NCBI GenBank assembly: GCA_035606075.1
Contig: DATNGC010000060.1
Location: forward strand, 1,450 to 65,449
Origin: Elusimicrobiota bacterium
GTDB taxonomy: Bacteria > Elusimicrobiota > Elusimicrobia > UBA1565 > UBA9628
Reading direction: 5' to 3'
Length of the DNA: 64,000 nt
Under the pieces are notes generated by a model that had not been told where the DNA came from, searched no databases, and saw only the letters and a list, made by a program, of their open reading frames with translations. Within the stretch, counting starts at the first letter, position 1; each line of letters begins with the position of its first letter. Below, one piece after another: positions 33,455 through 42,359 of the stretch. The position numbers and the translations under genes are program-made.

Positions 33455-34327
33455 GTGAAGAAAGCCTCCCGCCCGATGTGGGCCGATCCGGCCACGCTGC
33501 CGCGCAAGATCCAGCGGGATCTCGAGCTCAACAAGCGCGCGCCGGCGCGCTTCCATTTCACCGAGGGCGAGAACGCCCGCCGGCTCGTGATCATGGAGCA
33601 GTTCGAGGCGATCGTCCGCGATGGCTGGTGGACGGCGGAGGAGGTCTACGAGCTCAAGCCGATGGAGGAGCGCGTGCTGCGCCTGATTCTGCGCGTGAAG
33701 CTGCTCCTCGAGGACTTCCGCGGCGATCTCACCGCGGCGTCGATCGCTCACTTCCTGCGCTGCAAGGACCCGCGCGCGGTGCAGCTGGCGATCCGCCGCC
33801 TCGAGGCCGTCCAGCTGATTGAGGTCGACCGCGTGCGGCGGGCGATCTCCGAGATCCACGTCAGCAACTTCCTGTACGAGCCTGCGAGGCCGCAGCGCCG
33901 GCGAAAGGGCCAGGCGGCCGGAATGCCGGCCGAACGCGCCAGGGCGACCCCTCAGAAGCAGCGGGAGACCCATCACCGCGAGATCTCCGCGTGCGCCGAG
34001 CGATTCGCCGCGGAACGCGCCCTGCGCGCGGCGCAGCTCGTCGCTGAAACGAATAAAAATTCGGAGCACATATCAGGCAAACAGAGTTCTGAAAGAACTC
34101 CCTACCCTCTTTTCGCCGCTGCGCCGGCCGCGGCCGCCGGCGGCCCCCCTAGTACCCCCGACGACAACGGCACGGAAGAAAGGAAACGTCTCGGCGGCTA
34201 CGCCGCCTCGCCTGAACCTTCCTACGGCAACGACAACGATAGAACGGCAACGTCACAGGGAATCCAACGACATAGCCGCGCTTTGATGCTGATGGTGCCG
34301 CTTCAGATCCTGGGGCCTCCCGAGTAG
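33455..34327 (+). CDS. Hypothetical protein, possible winged-helix replication/regulatory protein
   Basis: GTG at 33455 or ATG at 33476. The segment LRCKDPRAVQLAIRRLEAVQLIEVD looks like a winged-helix recognition unit. The C-terminal third is low-complexity. Confidence 0.45.
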   Translation: MKKASRPMWADPATLPRKIQRDLELNKRAPARFHFTEGENARRLVIMEQFEAIVRDGWWTAEEVYELKPMEERVLRLILRVKLLLEDFRGDLTAASIAHFLRCKDPRAVQLAIRRLEAVQLIEVDRVRRAISEIHVSNFLYEPARPQRRRKGQAAGMPAERARATPQKQRETHHREISACAERFAAERALRAAQLVAETNKNSEHISGKQSSERTPYPLFAAAPAAAAGGPPSTPDDNGTEERKRLGGYAASPEPSYGNDNDRTATSQGIQRHSRALMLMVPLQILGPPE

Positions 34328-34429
34328 GCCTGCGGCTCTCCTGGCGATCGGCCAGGGGCCGGCGGCGTGAGCTCTGACCGCCGCCGGCCAAAGCCGGATT
34401 TCCACGTCGTAAATCGAGAGGTGAGTGCC

Positions 34430-34675
34430 ATGGCCGGAAAAGTTTTGTTCAACGAGGGCGGGCTGCACATCGCAGAGTCGGGCCCGAACGTCCTCGTCAC
34501 GGTGACGCGCGCGGATCGCGCGAGCATGACGGTCGAGGTCATCGAGGGCAACGCGCGCCGCGCCGGCCTGGCGCTGCGCCGGTGGGTGCGCGAGCGCAAG
34601 GAAGCTCGAGGCGACACGCCCCGCGGCCGCGAGGCGGCCGAGCGGCGCCGCGCTCGAGCGGGAGCGGCCGGATGA
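34430..34675 (+). CDS. Hypothetical small protein
   Basis: ATG at 34430 is preceded by gagagg. It ends in an ATGA overlap with the next ORF. Confidence 0.4.
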   Translation: MAGKVLFNEGGLHIAESGPNVLVTVTRADRASMTVEVIEGNARRAGLALRRWVRERKEARGDTPRGREAAERRRARAGAAG

Positions 34676-34887
34676 CCGCCGCGGAGATCGTGCTCGAGTT
34701 CGCGCGGCTGCACCGCGGCAAGATCGTCACGCCGACGATCGTGCAGGCCTGGGCTCAGACGAGGAACCAGCGCGTGAGCGCCTCGGCGCTCGCCGAGCAG
34801 ATGCGGCGGAAGTTCACGCCGTTCCGCCCGGGCGCGTTCGTCGTGAGCCCGAAGCCGTTCCCGTGGCCGCAGGGCAAGCTGCTGTGA
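34672..34887 (+). CDS. Hypothetical small protein
   Basis: ATG at 34672 overlaps the upstream stop (ATGA). 71 aa. Confidence 0.4.
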   Translation: MTAAEIVLEFARLHRGKIVTPTIVQAWAQTRNQRVSASALAEQMRRKFTPFRPGAFVVSPKPFPWPQGKLL

Positions 34888-34906
34888 CGACGTCCAGGAG
34901 GACGCG

Positions 34907-35107
34907 ATGAAGATCATGCTGGCCGCGGCGATCGCCGCGGCGCTGTCGGGCTGCGCCGGCGTCGTGCGCGAGGATCAGGTGCCGGTTCGTGAGCTGAAGA
35001 ACGGGAGCGCGATCGTGCTGACGATCGTGGAGGATCCCGTGACGCGCGTGCGCTGCTTCATCGCCTATCCGGGCATGACGTGCCTGCAGCCGGAGCCGGC
35101 CAAGTGA
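34907..35107 (+). CDS. Small lipoprotein, hypothetical
   Basis: MKIMLAAAIAAALSGCAG has a lipobox (LSGC). Confidence 0.45.
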   Translation: MKIMLAAAIAAALSGCAGVVREDQVPVRELKNGSAIVLTIVEDPVTRVRCFIAYPGMTCLQPEPAK

Positions 35108-35304
35108 CGCGCGAGATGCTCGAGGCGCTCGCGATCGTCAACGGCCTGCAGCTGCTGCTGGCCGCGTTCCTGGTGTGGTTCCTCGAGCTCACGCCCGAGG
35201 CGCTCGCGTCGGGCAAGGCGATCGCCGACGCGCTGCTGGGCGCGCGCGGCGCGACGTCCAGGACGTCCGGTAATTCGTGGAGGGGGGAGCCCTATGACGG
35301 TTAA
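35104..35304 (+). CDS. Small membrane protein, hypothetical
   Basis: GTG at 35104 overlaps the upstream stop (GTGA). One hydrophobic helix, LQLLLAAFLVWFL. Confidence 0.35.
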   Translation: MTREMLEALAIVNGLQLLLAAFLVWFLELTPEALASGKAIADALLGARGATSRTSGNSWRGEPYDG

Positions 35305-35464
35305 TGCTCAGCCGAAGAAAACGACGAAGCGCGTCGGCCGCCGTTGGAAGACGCGGACCAAGGAGACGGCGTCGTGCGCCGACGGGAACGTGAGCTACGC
35401 CTGCAGGACCGGCAAGCACTCGATGGGCTGCTCGAGCCTCAGCTGCGGCTGCTGGTGTCACTGA
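35294..35464 (+). CDS. Possible 56-aa basic, Cys-rich peptide
   Basis: Not in the track (under 60 aa). My reading is MTVNAQPKKTTKRVGRRWKTRTKETASCADGNVSYACRTGKHSMGCSSLSCGCWCH then TGA at 35462-35464. It has 7 Cys in the last 29 residues. Confidence 0.25.
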   Translation: MTVNAQPKKTTKRVGRRWKTRTKETASCADGNVSYACRTGKHSMGCSSLSCGCWCH

Positions 35465-35473
35465 ACTGCCCAC

Positions 35474-35501
35474 TTGAAATAGCCTGGGTGTTTGATTGAA
35501 T
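35474..35501 (+). promoter_or_regulatory. Sigma70-like promoter candidate P1 of element B
   Basis: cacTTGAAAtagcctgggtgtttgaTTGAAT. The -35 box and spacer start (cttgaaatagc) are identical to P3 at 44155-44165. Confidence 0.35.
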
Positions 35502-35547
35502 TATCCCGTGATTCCACCGTCGTTATCGTGGACGTGATCGAGGTCAA

Positions 35548-35937
35548 ATGAACGAGAAGAAGCCCGAGCCGACCGACGGCGTGCCGACGTTCCCCGGAGC
35601 TCCGAAGCCCAGCCTGGGCTCGAAGGAAGTCGTCGACCGCGTGGCGGCGTTCACGAAGCCGCGGCTGCCGCCGCCGGTGGACGTGTTCACCGGGAAGAAG
35701 GCCTGCCATCATTTCTTCGTCCCGGTCCACTACTTCGAGCCGTCCGCGCTGAAGGGATCCGCGGACCTGAAGTCGCTCGTCGCGAACACCTCCTGCATCG
35801 GCAAGCTGTGCGCGCTGTGGAACGAAGAGCGCCTCGAGTGCCTCGAGGCGACGAAGCTCAAGGCCGATATCCGCGTGCCGGAGCTGCTCGAGCAGATCGA
35901 CGGCTTCATGCGCATCCACTCGTCCGAGAGCGACTGA
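35548..35937 (+). CDS. Hypothetical protein
   Basis: 129-aa ORF downstream of P1. No domain recognised. Confidence 0.45.
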   Translation: MNEKKPEPTDGVPTFPGAPKPSLGSKEVVDRVAAFTKPRLPPPVDVFTGKKACHHFFVPVHYFEPSALKGSADLKSLVANTSCIGKLCALWNEERLECLEATKLKADIRVPELLEQIDGFMRIHSSESD

Positions 35938-35939
35938 CC

Positions 35940-37109
35940 ATGGCGCAAAAGAAGAAGACGCCTCCCGTGACGCCGCCGCCGGCGGCCGAGGACGTGCCCG
36001 TGCTCGATCCGGATCCCGCGGCCGATGACCTCGAGGCCGACAAGCTCGCCGAGTTTCAATCGAACTTCGGCGGCAAGAACTACCGCATCCGCGTCGAGAA
36101 GTTCGACAAGGAAGAGAACGACTGGGAGATCATCGACCGATTCCCGCTCGACGGCTTCGATCCGATCACGTCGCTCAAGGGCCGCGGCAAGGGGCGCTAT
36201 CGCCTGACGCTGCTCAACGAGAAGGGCAAGTACGTCGAGGGCGGCCGCGAGGAGATCCGCATGGCGGGCCCGCTCGAGGGCGCGCCGGCGGCCGCCGCGG
36301 CGGCGCCGGCGGCCGCGGCGCCGGCCGAGGCGGATCCGCTCAATCATCCCCTCGTCATAAGCGTGCTCGCGATGATGGAGAAGTCGAACACGCAGACGCT
36401 CGAGATGATGAAGGCGCTCGCCTCGAGGCCGGAGCCGGCCAGGTCCTCGAGCTCCGAGGTCCTGGATCTCTTCAAGCAGGTGCGCGGCCTGGCGCCCGAA
36501 GATCCGATGAAGGAGCTCAGCAAGACGATCATGCTGCGCCTGCTCGAGCGCGGCCTTGAGGGCGACGGCGGCGGGGGCGGTGGAGACGGCGGCGGCTTCC
36601 TCAAGGAGCTGCGCGACGGCCTGCTCGCCGCGAAGGAGATGGGGATCCTCGGCGGCCGCCGGCTGCCGGCCGCGGATCCCGCGCCGGCGGCCGCCGCGGA
36701 GCCGGCCGCGCCCCTGCGCGTAAACCTGCAAACCGTGACGGCCGCGCCGCCGCCACCGCCGCCGGCCAAGGAGGCCCAACCCGTGAACGATCCGATCCTC
36801 GAGGGCCTGCGCCCTTACGCGCAGATCTTCCGCCAGCACGCCGAGAACAACGCCGACGTGACCGAGACCGCGAACTACCTCGTCGACGAGCTCTACGCGA
36901 TCGCCTGCCCGCTGATCCGCCGGCACAACACGCTCGCGAAGTTCGCCTCCGACGACGCGATCGTGGAGCAGATCGTGAACCGCGCCAAGGATTCCGCGCA
37001 GCTCGAGGCGGTCTTCGCCGCGGCGCCGGAGCTCGCGCCGCATCGCGACTGGTGCTCGAAGGTCGTCGCGAAGGCGATCGAGATCCTCAATAACCCGGGG
37101 AACGAATGA
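35940..37109 (+). CDS. Hypothetical protein with Ala/Pro/Gly low-complexity linkers
   Basis: ATG at 35940 (MAQKKKTPPV), 389 aa. It has a globular N-domain (NYRIRVEKFDKEENDWEIIDRFPLDGFD), GGGGGGDGGG and poly-Ala/Pro linkers, and a helical C-domain. Confidence 0.5.
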   Translation: MAQKKKTPPVTPPPAAEDVPVLDPDPAADDLEADKLAEFQSNFGGKNYRIRVEKFDKEENDWEIIDRFPLDGFDPITSLKGRGKGRYRLTLLNEKGKYVEGGREEIRMAGPLEGAPAAAAAAPAAAAPAEADPLNHPLVISVLAMMEKSNTQTLEMMKALASRPEPARSSSSEVLDLFKQVRGLAPEDPMKELSKTIMLRLLERGLEGDGGGGGGDGGGFLKELRDGLLAAKEMGILGGRRLPAADPAPAAAAEPAAPLRVNLQTVTAAPPPPPPAKEAQPVNDPILEGLRPYAQIFRQHAENNADVTETANYLVDELYAIACPLIRRHNTLAKFASDDAIVEQIVNRAKDSAQLEAVFAAAPELAPHRDWCSKVVAKAIEILNNPGNE

Positions 37110-37309
37110 ACGACCAGTTCACGATCGACCTGTACGACGGCAAGAAGAAGAAGCGCCTGATCATGGATCCGGCGGATCCCGTGAGCATGGGCAAGTATTT
37201 TCAGATGATGATGGCGCCTACGTGGACGCGCATCGTGTTTAGCCGGCCGCGGCCGAAGAAGCTGCCGGCGCCGGCGAAGGGCGTCGTCCGATCGTTCCTC
37301 GAGGGCTGA
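37106..37309 (+). CDS. Hypothetical small protein
   Basis: 67 aa, with ATGA overlaps on both sides. Confidence 0.4.
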   Translation: MNDQFTIDLYDGKKKKRLIMDPADPVSMGKYFQMMMAPTWTRIVFSRPRPKKLPAPAKGVVRSFLEG

Positions 37310-37830
37310 TGCCTTACAACATCTCGGGCCTGCAGCCGGGCGACAACGGGATCACGGAGACGGTCAACGCCATGGTCACCGCGGTGAAGTGGTCGCTGCA
37401 GCACTACGACCTGCGCGCGCGCGCCGAGCTGCTGATCGCGAGCTGCCAGGAGCGCGACGAGCTCTGCGAGGTCCGCTCGATCTTCAAGTGGGTGCTCGCG
37501 CATTTTCGCTACGTCCGGGATCCGCGCTTCCTCGAGATGTTCAAGAGCCCCGAGATCGTCGACCAGGAGATCAGCGCGCGCGGGCAGTTCCAGGGCGATT
37601 GCGACGACGTCTCCGGATATCTCGCCGCGCTGCTTCTGTCGATCGGCTATCCGGTGAAGTTCGTCGTGATCAACGTGGTCGGCCAGGGCGACGACTTCCG
37701 GCACATCTATATGAAGGTGTACCTGCCGCGCTCGAAGGGCTGGATGGCGCTCGAGGCGACCGCGCGCCTGCAGCCGGCGGGCTGGGAAGCGCCCAATGGC
37801 GGGCGCGTTCGCGAATATCCGGTTTTATGA
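37309..37830 (+). CDS. Transglutaminase-like cysteine protease fold protein
   Basis: GDCDDVSGYLAALLLSIGYP, then FRHIYMKVY, then WMALEAT. This is the Cys / His / acidic order and spacing of the transglutaminase-core family. Confidence 0.6.
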   Translation: MPYNISGLQPGDNGITETVNAMVTAVKWSLQHYDLRARAELLIASCQERDELCEVRSIFKWVLAHFRYVRDPRFLEMFKSPEIVDQEISARGQFQGDCDDVSGYLAALLLSIGYPVKFVVINVVGQGDDFRHIYMKVYLPRSKGWMALEATARLQPAGWEAPNGGRVREYPVL

Positions 37831-37901
37831 CCGACAAGCGCTAGAGAGACAGCCCCGCCACCGACGAGAAAACAGCCGCTGAATCGCGGCCAAAGAAAAC
37901 G

Positions 37902-37936
37902 AGCGAGCCCGGCTTCGGCCGGGCTCGCTTTATTTT
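37902..37936 (+). terminator. Rho-independent terminator
   Basis: agcgagcccggc-ttcg-gccgggctcgct forms a perfect 12-bp stem followed by ttatttt. Confidence 0.7.
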
Positions 37937-37942
37937 GCCCCC

Positions 37943-37970
37943 TTGACGACCTTCCGGGGATGCCTACGAT
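37943..37970 (+). promoter_or_regulatory. Sigma70-like promoter candidate P2 of element B
   Basis: TTGACG, 16 nt, TACGAT. The upstream tttgccccc and the spacer cggggatgc are shared with P3. Confidence 0.4.
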
Positions 37971-37976
37971 GAAACT

Positions 37977-39881
37977 GTGCTCTACGGACTCGACTCGGCT
38001 GCAGCGCGCGCGGAGATCTTCGATCCGACCGGACTCGGCGCGACCGTTCCCCACGCGGCGAACATCCGGACGACGACCGGCGGCGGCTTCGGCGTGCAGG
38101 CGGTCGGCGGCGGCGGCGCTCCCGGCGACTCGAGCGGATCTCCGGCAGCGGGCTCGGTCGGCTCGAGCTTCCGGCCGGTCGGCCGCAACACCGCGATCTA
38201 CACGACGACCGTGAAGGGCCGCGTCTTCGCGCGCAATCGCTTCCAGCCGACGGCGCAGGGCCCGCGCGTCACCGAGGGCTTCGGGCTCTCCGGCCTGGGT
38301 GCCACGGTGCCCCACGCCGCGAACATCCGCACGAGCCAGCACGGCGGCTTCGGCGTGGCGGCGATCGGCGGCGGCGGCGCCGCGGGCGACGCCGGCGGAT
38401 CTCCCGCGGCGGGATCCAGCGGCTCGGCCTTCCGGACGGTCGGCCGCAACACGGCCGTCTTCAACTCTAAAGGGGAAAAGCGCACGTTCGCCGGCAACCA
38501 TTATTCGCCGTCCGCGCAGGGCTCGCGCGCGATCCCGCAGTTCGGCGGCGCCGGCGGCGGCTTCGGCCTGTCCGGCGATCGCGCGGATCTCGCCCCGAGC
38601 GACGGCGTCGGCCTCGCCGGCTTCTTCGGCTGGCTCGGCAGCCGGCTCACGCCTCCCGGCGGCAAGATCCGCCGCGTGCAGCCGTTCGTGGAGCTCGTCT
38701 CGCCGGTCTACCGCCGCCGGCGCGCGAGCCCGCCGCCGCCCGCGGTGCCCGACGTCCCGCCCGGCGGGCCCGGGATCCGGCCGACCTCGAACACGATCGG
38801 CGGGCCGATCCCCGGAGGCCTCAGCGGCGACCGCGCGGATCTCGCGCCGAGCGACGGCACGGGCCTCTCCGGCGGCATCCTCGGCTGGATCAGCCAGCGT
38901 TTCATCCCGCCCGGCGGAAAGCTCAACCGGATCACGCCGATCCCGGCGAGCTGGCGCGCGATCGTTCCCAACGCGATCAAGACGCCGCTCCGTTATTACG
39001 GCGCGGCCGTGCAATCGACGTTCTTCCCGATGCTCAGCGGCCCGCAGCAGCGCCGCATGTTCGGCCTGTCTCCGTCCGAGTCGGGTGTGTTCGAGAAGTG
39101 GCAGCAGATCATGCTGCCGATCGACGCGACGATCGTGACGCTCGGCATGACGAGCTACGCGACGGGCATCGGCCCGTTCGCGTCGACGGTGACGAAGGTC
39201 CCGTACACGAGCCTGGCGCCGGTGACCTTCACGCCCGGGCAATCCGCCTCTCTTATCGCCGGCGACTTCGGGACGACGACCGGCCAGGCCGCGGCGCTCA
39301 CGGCGCCGGCGAACCTCGTCGTCTCCGCGGCGCCGGCGACCTCTCCCGGGATCTTCACCGCGGCGCTGCCCTCGACCATGATGACGCCCATGCAGGCGTC
39401 CGCGGCGCTTACCGCCGGCGACTTCGGCGCGACGGCCGGCACGAACGCGGTCCTCGCCGGCGTGGCCACGACGCCGGCGCAGGCGGCCGCGAACATCGCC
39501 CAGGGCGGCTCCGGCGCCGGCGCGCCCGGCTTCCTGGCGAAGCTCGGCGACCTGGCGCTGGCCGGCGGCAAGTTCGTCGGCACGACCGCCGTCACGACCG
39601 CCGCGAGCCTGGCCCTGCAGCGCGCCATGATGCCCGGAGGCGGGCCGCAGGATCAGCCCGTGGGCCAGGGCGGCGTCCCGGTCTACGCGGCCAGCGGCGG
39701 CCCCCAGGGGCAGCAGATCGTGCCCATGGGCGGCGGCAGCGCGGGCGGCGGCGGCGACGCCGGCGCGCAGCCGGAGCTCGCCGGCGTCGGCCTGCCGGTC
39801 ATGCTGGCGGCCGGCGCGATCGGCGTCGGAGCTCTCGTCATGCTCAAGCGCCGGCGCCGCGCCAAGCGGGGCCCGCGATGA
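37977..39881 (+). CDS. Gly-rich repeat protein with C-terminal transmembrane anchor (virion membrane or vertex protein candidate)
   Basis: GTG start; the true start is uncertain. Two tandem repeat pairs: GLGATVPHAANIRT..GGGFGV.A.GGGGA.GD..GSPAAGS x2 and GLSGDRADLAPSDG.GL.G..GW x2. The C-terminus is GLPVMLAAGAIGVGALVMLKRRRRAKRGPR. Confidence 0.55.
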   Translation: MLYGLDSAAARAEIFDPTGLGATVPHAANIRTTTGGGFGVQAVGGGGAPGDSSGSPAAGSVGSSFRPVGRNTAIYTTTVKGRVFARNRFQPTAQGPRVTEGFGLSGLGATVPHAANIRTSQHGGFGVAAIGGGGAAGDAGGSPAAGSSGSAFRTVGRNTAVFNSKGEKRTFAGNHYSPSAQGSRAIPQFGGAGGGFGLSGDRADLAPSDGVGLAGFFGWLGSRLTPPGGKIRRVQPFVELVSPVYRRRRASPPPPAVPDVPPGGPGIRPTSNTIGGPIPGGLSGDRADLAPSDGTGLSGGILGWISQRFIPPGGKLNRITPIPASWRAIVPNAIKTPLRYYGAAVQSTFFPMLSGPQQRRMFGLSPSESGVFEKWQQIMLPIDATIVTLGMTSYATGIGPFASTVTKVPYTSLAPVTFTPGQSASLIAGDFGTTTGQAAALTAPANLVVSAAPATSPGIFTAALPSTMMTPMQASAALTAGDFGATAGTNAVLAGVATTPAQAAANIAQGGSGAGAPGFLAKLGDLALAGGKFVGTTAVTTAASLALQRAMMPGGGPQDQPVGQGGVPVYAASGGPQGQQIVPMGGGSAGGGGDAGAQPELAGVGLPVMLAAGAIGVGALVMLKRRRRAKRGPR

Positions 39882-40903
39882 GGCTCATGGTCTCGCTCGC
39901 CGGCCGGCCTCGAGCTCCGCGCGGCCTCTCCGGCTTCGGCCTCGGCGACGCCGTCGCCGACCTCACGGCTCAGCTCAACGCCACGAACGACCAGATCACC
40001 GTGCTCAATAATCGGATGGTTTACCTTCAGTCCGAATACAACAAGAGCCACTACGGCGGGCAAAGCCCGGCGCAGATGCAGGTCTTTTACGATCAGGTCA
40101 CGAACCAGCTGATCCCGCTGCAGGCGAAGGCGACCTCGCTCGCCAACCAGATCACCGCGATCCAGCAGAAGGCGCAAAGCGACGCGCAGGCGGCCGCCGA
40201 CAAGGCCGCGGTCGTCGCCGCCACGCCGCCCACCGCGGCGGCGACCGCTCAGGCGCTGCGCGACTCCGTGAGCCAGCAGCAGAGCCTGGTCGAGATCGCG
40301 ATGGGCGCGAAGTACGACTACGGCCGCGGCTCGAGCAAGCGCACGGGCTTCTACCAGAGCGGCGGCCTGGCCGACGCTCCGGCGACGCCGGCGGCCGCGG
40401 CGCGCAGCTTCGATCTCACGTCCTACCTGGTTCCGAACAAAGAGACCAGCGATATCCGCTCGATCCCGAATTGGGAGCTCACCGGCCTGCGGCCGGCGCT
40501 CGGAGGAAACATGCAGCGCATTCTCGATATGCACCGGCCGGGCCTGGGCTTCGACGTCTTCGGCGCGATCGAGCAGGGCGCCAAGGCCGGCTACGCGAAG
40601 TACGCGGCCTCGCCGGCGGCCGCCGGCGGGAGCTCGCTGCCCGCGGTGAACATTCCGAACCCTTTCGCCGGGATCCTGCCCGACTGGCTCGCGAAGGCGC
40701 AGCTGCCGGCCTCGGTCCGCGATATCGGCGGCGGCGTGATCAGCTCCGTCACCAAGGCCGCGACCGCGCCGGCGCCCTCGAGCGCGGTCGCGCAGACGAC
40801 GGTGAGGACCGCGCCGGCGCGCGCCTCGAGCGGGACGAACTGGCTGGTCGTCGGCGGCGGCGCCGCGATCGGCGGCTACATCCTTTGGAGAGCTCTCAGG
40901 TAG
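39878..40903 (+). CDS. Coiled-coil protein with C-terminal transmembrane anchor
   Basis: ATG at 39878 overlaps the upstream stop. It has a helical Gln/Ala-rich N-terminus. The C-terminus is NWLVVGGGAAIGGYILWRALR. Confidence 0.5.
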   Translation: MRLMVSLAGRPRAPRGLSGFGLGDAVADLTAQLNATNDQITVLNNRMVYLQSEYNKSHYGGQSPAQMQVFYDQVTNQLIPLQAKATSLANQITAIQQKAQSDAQAAADKAAVVAATPPTAAATAQALRDSVSQQQSLVEIAMGAKYDYGRGSSKRTGFYQSGGLADAPATPAAAARSFDLTSYLVPNKETSDIRSIPNWELTGLRPALGGNMQRILDMHRPGLGFDVFGAIEQGAKAGYAKYAASPAAAGGSSLPAVNIPNPFAGILPDWLAKAQLPASVRDIGGGVISSVTKAATAPAPSSAVAQTTVRTAPARASSGTNWLVVGGGAAIGGYILWRALR

Positions 40904-40907
40904 ATCC

Positions 40908-41582
40908 ATGATCGACTACAGCGACCAGATCACGCAGGCTCAGTTCGCCGTCGAGGACAAGATCGGCAAGGTCATGTCCTCCGGCGCGCAGATCCTCGCG
41001 ATCAAGCAGCGCGCGTCGAACTTCCTCAGCACGAGCAACAAAACGGTCAACGACCAGGCCGCGGCGATCGTCGCCAAGTGCAACGGCCTGATCTCGAACC
41101 TCAACCAGATCCAGGGCGACGCCGCGACGCTCGGCCAGAAGGCGAACGCGATGCTCGCGCAGATCCAGAGCGACCCGACCTGGCAGGCGATCCAGAACAG
41201 CCCGAGCTTCTTCGATTACGCCGGCTTCGCGGTCAAGGCCGTGGCGAACAACAACATCGGCCAGGCCACCTCGCTCGCGCAGCAGCTCTCCGGCCTGGCC
41301 TCGCGCGCGGACGCTCACCTGCAGCAGGTCGACGAGCTCAGCGGCGACGAGTCGAACATGGAGGACTACGCGCAGGGCAAGGGCTTCGCCGCGACCGTCG
41401 CCTCGCTCGGCGGCTCGGTCTCGGGCGCCGTCACCAGCTACACCGGCATGATCAAGTACGGCGCGATCGCCGTCGGCCTGTTCTTCGTTTGGGATCTCGC
41501 GAAGCCATTCGTCGCCGCGCGCCAGGCCGTGCACCGCAACCCGCGCCGCCGGATCCGCCGCTACTCGAGGAGGCGCCGGTGA
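40908..41582 (+). CDS. Helical protein with C-terminal transmembrane anchor and Arg-rich tail
   Basis: The C-terminus is KYGAIAVGLFFVWDLAKPFVAARQAVHRNPRRRIRRYSRRRR. Confidence 0.5.
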   Translation: MIDYSDQITQAQFAVEDKIGKVMSSGAQILAIKQRASNFLSTSNKTVNDQAAAIVAKCNGLISNLNQIQGDAATLGQKANAMLAQIQSDPTWQAIQNSPSFFDYAGFAVKAVANNNIGQATSLAQQLSGLASRADAHLQQVDELSGDESNMEDYAQGKGFAATVASLGGSVSGAVTSYTGMIKYGAIAVGLFFVWDLAKPFVAARQAVHRNPRRRIRRYSRRRR

Positions 41583-41893
41583 AGAAGACCGCGGCGCTCA
41601 CCCGAGCCGTCAGACGCTACGAGAAATTCCATGCCAAAGCCCCGAGCAAGGTGGGTCTCGTCAACATCCCTCATCCGAAGGCTGTTGTCTTTTTGGGAGC
41701 CGGCGTCGCCATCGAATACAAATCCGACAAGCGAGTGCTCTCGCTCGGCGACAAGCCCTCGATGGCTCGCGGCAAAACGCGCCTGTACCGCCATCGTTTC
41801 GGCGCGGGCGTTCGAGTTTATACGGATCCCGCGGGCTCGACGCTCTTCATAACGGGCGGAAGATTCCGAGTGACCGATTGGATGCGCGACTAA
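41579..41893 (+). CDS. Hypothetical small basic protein
   Basis: GTG at 41579 overlaps the upstream stop (GTGA). 104 aa. Confidence 0.4.
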   Translation: MKKTAALTRAVRRYEKFHAKAPSKVGLVNIPHPKAVVFLGAGVAIEYKSDKRVLSLGDKPSMARGKTRLYRHRFGAGVRVYTDPAGSTLFITGGRFRVTDWMRD

Positions 41894-41903
41894 AGGAGAA
41901 ACT

Positions 41904-42350
41904 ATGAAAAGCAACAGGCCGTTCTCGTGGCTCGAGCAGATGCTGGTCGTGATGGTCCTCACCGTGATGATGATGGCGATCGCCCCGCTCGCCAAGGCGA
42001 CGACCTGCGCGACGGGCGCCGGGACCTGCGTCTTCGAGATCGGAGTCTCGACGCCGGCCGCGACGTTCGTCCTCCTCACGACCGGGCAGGGAACCCTGAA
42101 CAACCTCGTGATCTCCTCGAGGACCGCGGCCGCCGGCGACTTCTGCGTGGCGTTCGACTCGGCCAGCACCTCCGGGCTCACGATCGAGGGCGACGGCACC
42201 TCCGTCGCCCCGCGGATCATGGCGACGAGCGTCGTCGCGACGAACACCGTGACGCCGCAGCCGGCCAACGCTCCGGCGGTCCCTTTCCTCAACGGGATCG
42301 CGGTCGGCTGCTCGGCCGCCCGGCGCGCGACGGTGATCCTCAACAAGTAG
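41904..42350 (+). CDS. Membrane-anchored or secreted beta-rich protein
   Basis: A strong SD (aaggag) lies 6 nt upstream. The N-terminal hydrophobic segment is MLVVMVLTVMMMAIAPLAKA. The body is Thr/Ala/Val-rich. Confidence 0.5.
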   Translation: MKSNRPFSWLEQMLVVMVLTVMMMAIAPLAKATTCATGAGTCVFEIGVSTPAATFVLLTTGQGTLNNLVISSRTAAAGDFCVAFDSASTSGLTIEGDGTSVAPRIMATSVVATNTVTPQPANAPAVPFLNGIAVGCSAARRATVILNK

Positions 42351-42359
42351 GAGAGCTCT

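Noticed and set aside
37977-39881. Nucleotide tandem repeats that could have been a CRISPR-like or satellite array.
   Set aside because: The repeats are long (about 270 nt and 240 nt), imperfect, in frame and coding for Gly-rich protein repeats. There is no short-repeat-plus-unique-spacer structure. No CRISPR array was seen anywhere in the window.
41579-41893. Candidate P-loop (GKT) that might have been the missing packaging ATPase.
   Set aside because: The context DKPSMARGKTRLY lacks the upstream Gly/Ala of GxxxxGK[ST]. The protein is only 104 aa and there is no Walker B.
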